The position numbers and the translations under genes were made by a program. The notes below the pieces were generated by a model. That model made no database searches, was not told the origin of the DNA, and saw only the letters and a program-made list of their open reading frames with translations. Below are positions 54,848 through 64,000 of a stretch of DNA of 64,000 nucleotides, in pieces. Within the stretch, counting starts at the first letter, position 1. The number at the start of each line of letters is the position of its first letter. This DNA is from Anaeramoeba ignava BMAN (taxonomy: Eukaryota > Protista > Anaeramoebae): NCBI GenBank assembly GCA_028826165.1, contig JAPDFW010000087.1, forward strand, positions 62,001 to 126,000, read 5' to 3'.

Positions 54848-57126
54848 TTATTTTTCCGAATTGTTAATAAAAATATTTGAATCTTCTTGACTACTAATTT
54901 CAGATTCAGATTCAGATTCAGATTCAGATTTTGATTTTGATTTTGATTTTGATTTTGATTTTGAATTTAATTTGAATTTGATTTTGATTTTGAATCTGAT
55001 GTATCTTGAAAAAGATCTGATTGTTTGTTTTGAGATTTAAATTGTGTAAAAATTATATATTGTTGAGGAGCAATTGGAAACATTAAACATAATTGAGTTA
55101 TTGAAGGAATTATTTCAGGAATATAATAAGCAAAAGTTTCAAAAACCTTTTTTTTTAAATTAAAATTGAATTAAAATTGAATTAAAATTGATTTGAATAA
55201 AAATTAAAATTGATTTGAATAAAATTGATTTGAATTAAAATTAAATTGAATTAAAATTGATTTAAAATTAAAATTGGATTGAATTGAATTAAAATTGATT
55301 TAAAATTGAATTAAAATTGAATTGATTTGATTTGATTTGAATAAAGTTGATTTAAAATTGAATTAAAATTGAATTAAAATTGGATTGAATTGAATTAAAA
55401 TTGAATTGAATTAAAATTGATTTGAATTAAAATTGATTTGAATTAAAATTGATTTGATTTGATTTTTTTTACTCCAATCGGTAGATCTTTTTTTGTTATT
55501 GGATTATAAAGAAAAAAAATAAATCTTGAAAGAAAACATAAACTAAATATTGTTGTAAGAAAAGCAATTCTCATTAAAGCTATTGAATTTTTTGGAACAA
55601 AAGGAACAATTTTCTTTTTCATTTTTTTCACAAAATTGGAATTTAATTTTAATTTGGATTTTAATTTTGATTTTAATTTTGATTTTGATTTTAATTTTGA
55701 TTTTGAATTTGAATTTTGATTTTGATTTTGAATTTGATTTTTGATTTTTTAATTTTGATTTTTAATTTTAATTTTGATTTTAAGTTTAAATTTTGAATTT
55801 GATTTTTAATTTTTAATTTTTAATTTTGATTTTGATTTTGATTTTGATTTTGATTTTGATTTTGATTTTGATTTTGATTTTGATTTTGATTTTGATTTTG
55901 ATTTTGATTTTGATTTTGATTTTGATTTTGAATTTGATTTTTGATTTTGATTTTGAATTTTGAATTTTTGATTTTGATTTTGATTTTGATTTTGAATTTG
56001 ATTTTGATTTTGAATTTAAATTTTGAATTTGATTTTGAATTTTGATTTACTTTTAATTTTTTTAATAAAAGAAATCCATAAATCAAAAATCCAAGTGAAG
56101 CAATAAGAGAAACACCAGCAATCAATAATACATTTGAAAGATAAATTTTATAATGATTTCCTCTTGTAAAATTTCGATAATAATCAACTAAAAAAACAAT
56201 ACAATCTGCAAATGTTATAATATATAATATAGCATTTGAAATTATAAAAGGTATTCTTAATTTATTTAATCCAATTCTTTCAACATTTCCATGTGAAATA
56301 TTATGATACATTTCCGCCCTATTTAAACAAAAATATTAATTTTAATTTTAATATTAATTTTTGATTTTAATTTTAATTTTTTTAATTTTAATTTTAATTA
56401 TTTTTAATTTTAATTTTAAATTTTGATTTTAATTTTAATTCTAATTTTAATTTTAATTTTAATTTTAATTTTAATTCTAATTCTAATTCTAATTCTAATT
56501 CTAATTCTAATTCTAATTCTAATTCTAATTCTAATTCTAATTCTAATTCTAATTCTAATTCTAATTCTAATTCTAATTCTAATTCTAATTCTAATTCTAA
56601 TTCTAATTTTGATTTTAATTTTAATTCTAATTCTAATTCTAATAAAATGTACCAATAAAAAATTAAATAAGTAAAGCAAGTATAAAAACCTAAAATAGCA
56701 AATCGATTCAATAAAAGAACAGGCGTTAATTGTTTTTGATCAATAAATATTAACCAAATTATTCTAACTAATTATTATTGTTTTTGTTTTTGTTTTTGTT
56801 TTTGTTTTTGTTTTTGTTTTTGTTTTTAAAAAGAAAAAGAAAAAATTAACTGAAAAATTTTTCCAAAAATAAATAAATAAACAAACAGATAAGAAAAATT
56901 AAAGATAAAACATAGAAATGAACTTGAAGTTTTGATAGAGGATATTTCTTTTTATAAAAAGAAATAATTCTAATAATTCCAACCTAAAAAAAATTAAAGA
57001 AAAAATTAAAGAAAAAATTAAAGAAAAAATTTCCAAAAAATTTTCAATTTAAATTTAAAAGCAAACAATATTAATAATAAGTAAAATAGAATATAAAAGT
57101 AAACCAATCACAAAAACAGTTTGCAT
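54848..57126 (-). CDS. TOM1/THH1 (DUF1084)/GPR137-like multi-pass membrane protein; 6 exons
   Basis: The spliced product has several TM helices, FYWAEMYH, GFLIYGFLL, CFLSRF and YYIPEIIPS. The C-terminus is uncertain (stop at ~54967, or 54848 if a 1-nt error is assumed). Confidence 0.75.
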
Positions 57127-57228
57127 TTTATTATTTTGAAAAAGAAAAAAAAAGCAATTAAAAAAATAAATTTTTTTTTCAATTTTTTTTTCATTTTTTT
57201 ATTTTTTTGGTTTTTTTTCAAATAAAAA

Positions 57229-57408
57229 ATGGAAAAAAAAAATAATGAATTTACAAGTAAAGTTCCTGGTTTATTTCGATTTGGTATTTGTTTATTATTT
57301 ACATGGAGAGAAGAGTATTTTTTTCAAGCTGCATCTTTACTTGTTTCTCCTAAAATATTCCGACTTTTTGAATATATTTGGATTCGATTTAATCAAGTTC
57401 ATAATTAA
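57229..57408 (+). CDS. 59-aa microprotein, unknown function
   Basis: AAAAATG start and an open frame MEKKNNEFTSKVPGLFRFGICLLFTWREEYFFQAASLLVSPKIFRLFEYIWIRFNQVHN*. It coincides with a GC-enriched island and is just below the ORF-track length cut-off. Confidence 0.5.
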   Translation: MEKKNNEFTSKVPGLFRFGICLLFTWREEYFFQAASLLVSPKIFRLFEYIWIRFNQVHN

Positions 57409-57675
57409 GAATTTATTCAATTTAAAATCATTTCAAAAAACAACAACAAAATTAAATGAAAGAATTAATTTATTATTTTCCTTTTTTTCTTTCTTTGTTT
57501 TTTAAATAAAATAAACAATAAAAAAAAATTTAATTTGTTCTTCTTTTATTTTTTTTTTGTTAAAGGAAAAATTAAGGAAAAAAAAAATTTTAATTTTGGA
57601 ATTAATTTGTGAAATGAAATTACTGAATGATTTTAATTTAATCTAATTTAATTTTAGTTAAATATCTTTCTTAAT

Positions 57676-60645
57676 CTACTTTTTTTCTTCAACTTTCATA
57701 TCTTGTTTGTCAACTTTTTCTTCAACTTTCATATCTTTCTTTTCTTCAACTTTCATATCTTGTTTGTCAACTTTTTCTTCAACTTTTATATCTTTCTTTT
57801 CTTCAACTTTTATATCTTGTTTGTCAACTTTTTCTTCAACTTTCTTTTCTTCAACTTTTATATCTTTCTTTTCTTCAACTTTTATATCTTGTTTGTCAAC
57901 TTTTTCTTCAACTTTTTTTTCTTCAACTTTTATATCTTTCTTTTCTTCAACTTTCATATCTTTCTTTTCTTCAACTTTTATATCTTGTTTGTCAACTTTT
58001 TCTTCAACTTTTTTTTCTTCAACTTTTATATCTTTCTTTTCTTCAACTTTTATATCTTTCTTTTCTTCAACTTTCATATCTTTCTTTTCTTCAACTTTTA
58101 TATCTTTCTTTTCTTCAACTTGGTTTATTTTTGGTAATTTATCAGGTTGAAGATGTGGAATTGCCTTTTTAGTTTCAAATTTATCCTGGTTTTGAGATTG
58201 TTGTTTCAACATTTTAGCTTTTTGTTTCTTTTCTATTTCTATTTCTTTTTTCATTCTTTTTTCCCATTCTTTTCTTTCCTTTAATTTTTGTTTTTCTAAT
58301 TTTTCTTTTTCTTTTTGTTTTTTTTTCTCTTGATTTTTTTGAATTTTTTCAATTTTTTGAGCAGAAAATTTTTTTTGCAAATGATCCAAATCTTCAACAG
58401 GAAAATATTGAGGCATTAAATGAGTATAAATAGTCCAATCAACAGGCAAAAAAATGACAAAAATAATGAGATCGATTTTTTCATGATTTTTTTCCATCCA
58501 TTCACGAGTTGTTTGAAGAGCGACTTCAGCAGCGTTTCTGTTAGGATATCCAAATATTCCTGTTGAAATGCAACAAAAACCTATTGATTTCAATTCAACT
58601 TCTTTAAGCAAATCTAAACTTTCCTTGTAACATGATTCTAATGCATCTGGATCTTCCCCAATTGGTCCTACTGTTGATAATACAAATCCACATGGCATTT
58701 TATGTCCTGTTGATAACTTAGCTTCTCCTGTTCGACAGCCTCCTAATGTTGCATTTTCTTTTCGTAATCCACTTCCTGCTGCACTATGAATAGCTCCATC
58801 GACTTAATTTTAATTTTAATTTTGATTTTAATTTTGATTTAATTTTAATTTTAATATTAATTTTAATTTTAATTTTAATTTTTATTTTAATTTTAATTTT
58901 TATTTTAATTTTAATTTTAATTTTAATTTTAATTTTAATTTTAATTTTAATTTTAATTTTAATTTTAATTTTAATTTTAATTTTGATTTAATTTTAATTT
59001 TTAATTTTAATTTTTGTATTAATTTTGATTTTTTTGATTTTAATTTTTATTTTAATTTTTAATTTTAGTTTAATTTTAAATAATTTTGAATTTTTAATTT
59101 TAATTTTAATTTTAATTTTAATTTTAATTTTAATTTTGATTTTTATAAATGAATTTTAATATTAATTTTGATTTTAATTTTAAATTTTTAATTTTAATTT
59201 TAATTTTAATTTTAATTTTATAAATGAATTTTAATTTTATAAATGAATTTTAATATTAATTTTGATTTTAATTTTAATTTTAATTTTAATTTTAATTTTA
59301 ATTTTAATTTTAATTTTAATTTTAATTATAATTTTAATTTTAATTTTAATTTTAATTTTAATTTTAATTTTAATTTTAATTTTAATTTTAATTTTGAATT
59401 TTAATTTTAATTTTAATTTTAATTTTAATTACCACCACCACCACCTAATAAAGAAGAATTAGCAGCATTTACAATAGCATCAATTTCCAAAGTAGTAATA
59501 TCACCTCTCCAAATAGCAACTTTATTATTAAGAGTTTGATTTACAGGGAATTTTTGTTGAAGAAGAAATCGAGGATCAACTGTATCTTTAATTTCAGGAT
59601 AAAATTTTTCCCATTTTTTAACTTTTTCAATTGGAACATATCTTGAATATCGAGGATATTTTTCTCTTCTGTCTTTTAAAGGTTGTTGGAAATATGTTTT
59701 TAACTTTTCTTGAGCTAAATCAGAAACTTTTTTTGGTTCTTCAATTTCTCGTGTTTTTTTCATCATTTCATTATAAATTATTCTTTTTGCTTTTTTTTCA
59801 TCCATTTCAACTTCTTCTTGTTTTTTCTGTTTTTTTTCCTTTTTAGTTTCTTCTTTTTTAACTTCTTCTTTCATTTCTTTTTTAATTTCTTCTTTTTTTT
59901 CCTTTTTAATTTCTTCTTTCATTTCTTTAATTTCTTCTTTCATTTCTTTAATTTTTTCTTTATCTTTCTTCTTTAATTTCTTTAACTTCTTCTTTTTGAA
60001 TTTTTTTGGTTTTCATTTTTTTTTTTCTTTAATTTTTTAATTTCTTTTTTTTTGATTTTTTTTTAATTTTCTTGTTTTTCTTTTAATTTTTTTTTTTCTT
60101 TTGAATTTTTTTTAATTTTTCTTTTAGATTTTTTTTTTCTTTTTAGATTTTCTTTAATTTTCTTCTTTTTAATTTTTAACTTCTTCTTTAAGCTTCTTCT
60201 TTTGGATTTCTTTAATTTCTTCTTTTAATTTCTTCTTTTATTTCTTTTTAATTTTTTTTGAATTTTTTGAATTTCTTTTGAAATTTCTTTAATTTCTTCT
60301 TTTGGAATTTCTTTAATTTCCTCTTTTGGAATTTCTTTAATTTCTTCTTTAACTTCTTCTTTTGGAATTTCTTTAATTTCTTCTTTTATTTCTTCTTTAA
60401 CTTCTTCTTTAATTTCTTCTTTAATTTCTTCTTTAATTTCTTCTTTTGGAATTTCTTTAATTTCTTCTTTAATTTCTTCTTTTGGAATTTCTTTAACTTC
60501 TTCTTTAACTTCTTCTTTTGGAATTTCTTTAATTTCTTCTTTTGGAATTTCTTTTAGAATTTCTTTTGGAATTTCTTTTGGAATTTTTTTGAATTTCTTT
60601 AATTTCTTCTTTTGGAATTTCTTTAATTTCTTCTTTTTTTTCCAT
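57676..60645 (-). CDS. MacroD-type macrodomain protein (ADP-ribose/O-acetyl-ADP-ribose hydrolase) with long E/K-rich repeats; intron 59432-58803
   Basis: [26 protein letters not shown]|[14 protein letters not shown] and [10 protein letters not shown]. The N-terminal (EEIKEIPK)-like repeat region is frameshifted. Confidence 0.9.
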
Positions 60646-61100
60646 TTTTTTAAAAAATGAAAAATGAAAAATGAAAAATAAAAAATAAAAAATTTATTTT
60701 TTTCTCCTTTTTGGTTTTTCTCCTTTTTTTTTCTTTTTTTAAATGGTTTTTTTTTTTGGGGTTTCTTTTGAAATTGTTTTTATTTTGTTTTAAATTATTT
60801 CTATTTTTTATTTTTTAAATTTAAAATAAAAATTACCCCTTTTTTTGATCGATCAGAAAAAAAATAAAAAAAAAAGGATCAAAAAAAAATAAGAATTTGA
60901 ATTAAATTTTGAATTAAAATATTGATTGGATTCTTTTTTTTGGAATTAAAATTAAAAAATTAAAAAGTAAATTAAATAAATTTGAAATCTTTATTAATTT
61001 ATTTTTCAATTTTAAAAATCAAAAAAATAAAAAAAAAAATTTTTTGAATTATTTTTTTTATTTTTCTTTTATTTTAACAATTCAATTAAAAACTGAAAAG

Positions 61101-64000
61101 ATGACAAAAGCAGTTCTTTATAAACAAATTGATAATGGACGAGTTAAATGCTGTTGTTGCAACCATAGATGTACTCTTACTAACTTTAAATCTGGCAAAT
61201 GTAGAGCAAGAAGAAATCGAGATGGTGATCTTTTTTTAGAAATTAGTGGATTTCTTATTAAATCTCATTTTGAATCAATAAATTATGGAATGGTTTGTTT
61301 TACCTTTTAAATCAATTCTATATTAATTTTTAAATCTATTTTAAATCAATTTTATATCAATTTTATATTAATTTTATATCAATTTTAAATTAATTTTATA
61401 TTAATTTTATATCAATTTTATATTAATTTTATATTAATTTTATATCAATTTTATATTAATTTTATATTAATTTTATATCAATTTTATAAAAATTTTATAT
61501 TAATTTTAAATTAATTTTATATCAATTTTATATTAATTTTATATCAATTTTATATTAATTTTATATCAATTTTATATCAATTTTATATCAATTTTATATC
61601 AATTTTATATCAATTTTATATTAATTTTAAATCAATTTTATATCAATTTTAAATTAATTTTATATTAATTTTATATTAATTTCATATCAATTTTTATATC
61701 AATTTTTAAATCAATTTTAAATTAATTTTAAATCAATTTTATATCAATTTTATATCAATTTTATATCAATTTTATATCAATTTTATATCAATTTTATATC
61801 AATTTTATATCAATTTTATATCAATTTTATATTAATTTTATATTAATTTTATATCAATTTTATATTAATTTTATAAAAATTTTATTAATTTTAAATCAAT
61901 TTTATATTAATTTTAAATCAATTTTATATCAATTTTATATCAATTCTAAATCAATTTTATATCAATTTTATATTAATTTTATATCAATTTTATATCAATT
62001 TTATATCAATTTTATATCAATTTTATATCAATTTTATATTAATTTTATATTAATTTTATATCAATTTTATAAAAATTTTATATTAATTTTAAATTAATTT
62101 TAAATCAATTTTATATCAATTTTATATTAATTTTATATCAATTTTATATCAATTTTATATTAATTTTATATTAATTTTATATTAATTTCAAATCAATTTT
62201 ATATCAATTCCAAATCAATTTTAAATTAATTTTATATCAATTCTAAATAAATTTTATATCAATTTTAAATCAATTTTATATCAATTTTATATTAATTTTA
62301 AATCAATTTTATATCAATTTTTATATCAATTTTATATCAATTTTATATCAATTTTATATCAATTTTATATTAATTTTAAATCAATTTTAAATCAATTTTA
62401 AATCAATTTTTATATTAATTTTATATTAATTTTATATCAATTTTATATTAATTTTTATATTAATTTTATATTAATTTTAAATTAATTTTAAATTAATTTT
62501 ATATCAATTTTATATTAATTTTATATTAATTTTTATATCAATTTTATATTAATTTTATATCAATTTTATATCAATTTTTATATCTATTTTAAATCAATTT
62601 TATATTAATTTTAAATCAATTTTATATTAATTTTATATCAATTTTATATCAATTTTATATCTATTTTAAATCAATTTTTAAATCAATTTTTAAATTAATT
62701 TTATATTAATTTTATATCAATTTTATATCAATTTTATATCAATTTTTATATCAATTTTATATCAATTTTATATCAATTTTATATTAATTTTATATCAATT
62801 TTATATTAATTTTTATATCAATTTTATATCAATTTTATATCAATTCCAAATCAATTCCAAATCAATTTTATATTAATTTTATATCAATTTTAAATTAATT
62901 TTATATCAATTTTATATCAATTTTTATATTAATTTTATAATTAATTTTATATTAATTTTATATCAATTTTATATTAATTTTAAATCAATTTTATATCAAT
63001 TTTATATCAATTCTATATCAATTTTATATCAATTTTATATCAATTTTATATTAATTTTAAATCAATTTTATATTAATTTTATATTAATTTTATATCAATT
63101 TTATATCAATTTTATATTAATTTTATATCAATTTTATATCAATTTTATATCAATTTTAAATCAATTTTATATCAATTTTATACAATCAATTTTATATCAA
63201 TTTTATATCAATTTTATATCAATTTTAAATCAATTTTAAATCAATTTTATATTAATTTTTATATCAATTTTATATCAATTTTATATCAATTTTATATCAA
63301 TTTTATATCAATTTTAAATCAATTTTAAATTAATTTTATATTAATTTTATATCAATTTTATATTAATTTTATATCAATTTTTATATCAATTTTATATTAA
63401 TTTTTAAATTAATTTTATATTAATTTTATATCAATTTTAAATTAATTTTATATTAATTTTATATCAATTTTATATTAATTTTATATCAATTCCAAATCAA
63501 TTCCAAATCAATTTTAAATCAATTTTATATTAATTTTATATCAATTTTAAATTAATTTTATATTAATTTTAAATCAATTTTAAATCAATTTTAAATCAAT
63601 TTTATATCAATTTTATATTAATTTTAAATCAATTCCAAATCAATTTTATATTAATTCTATATCAATTTTATATTAATTTTAAATCAATTTTATATCAATT
63701 TTATATTAATTTTAAATCAATTCCAAATCAATTCCAAATCAATTCCAAATCAATTCCAAATCAATTTCAAATCAATTTTATATCAATTCCAAATCAATTC
63801 CAAATCAATTTTATATCAATTTTAAATCAATTTTAAATCAATTTTATATTAAATTCTAAATAAATTTTATATCAATTTTATAAAAAATTTTATATTAAAT
63901 TCTATAAAAATCCTATAAAAAATTTCATTAAATTTGTTAGATTGGAAACTTCTTACCAAACGAAAAAGCTTTTTTTATTGGGACTTTAGGAAGAAATTTA
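61101..64000 (+). CDS. AmmeMemoRadiSam-type radical SAM enzyme homologue, 5' partial (exon 1 61101-61292, intron 61293-63940, exon 2 from 63941)
   Basis: The pattern LY..IDNGRVKCxxCNHRC......GKCRARRNRDGDL...G...H...NFLP.....IGTLGxN follows the N-terminus of prokaryotic AmrS/PFL-activase-like proteins. Confidence 0.7.
61310..63900. repeat. (ATCAATTTTAT)n 11-mer array filling a 2.65-kb intron
   Basis: Direct periodicity visible in the sequence. Confidence 0.9.

Noticed and set aside
60835-60890. TTTTTTGATCGATCAGAAAA and GATC-AAAAAA inverted repeat in the divergent promoter
   Set aside because: It is short and mostly homopolymer, a single occurrence with no support for function.
1-64000. Alternative genetic code, U12 (AT-AC) introns, transposons, tRNA/rRNA genes, inteins
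   Set aside because: Genes end in TAA, TGA or TAG without read-through of conserved domains. All reconstructed introns are GT-AG. No transposase/RT, intein or structured-RNA signature was recognised by eye.

Overview
This is extremely AT-rich, gene-dense eukaryotic (protist) genomic DNA using the standard code. It has GT-AG spliceosomal introns, many of them inflated by intron-specific microsatellites. The N/Q/E-rich coding repeats and a bacterial-type radical SAM gene suggest an anaerobic protist such as Anaeramoeba (inference only). About 17 protein genes can be reconstructed by hand: ependymin-like secreted protein, STT3, PGAP1, a neurobeachin-like BEACH-WD40 protein, SDE2, an ankyrin-TKL kinase, a centrosomin-motif coiled-coil protein, a Rim15/Greatwall/IRE-type AGC kinase, a DOCK GEF, a BAR protein, a small coiled-coil ORF, a CH plus five PH-like-repeat protein, a TOM1/GPR137-like membrane protein, a 59-aa microprotein, a MacroD-type macrodomain protein, the 5' part of an AmmeMemoRadiSam-type radical SAM homologue, and one gene that is invisible in the ORF track. 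That hidden gene (24308-26055, minus strand) is the main finding. It has 15 exons, twelve of which are consecutive 9-18 nt, frame-symmetric (phase 2-2) micro-exons. They splice into a 117-aa, 29-Cys metallothionein-like protein ending in a CaaX-type motif (CLIN*). Several frameshifts in low-complexity tracts are probably long-read assembly errors.
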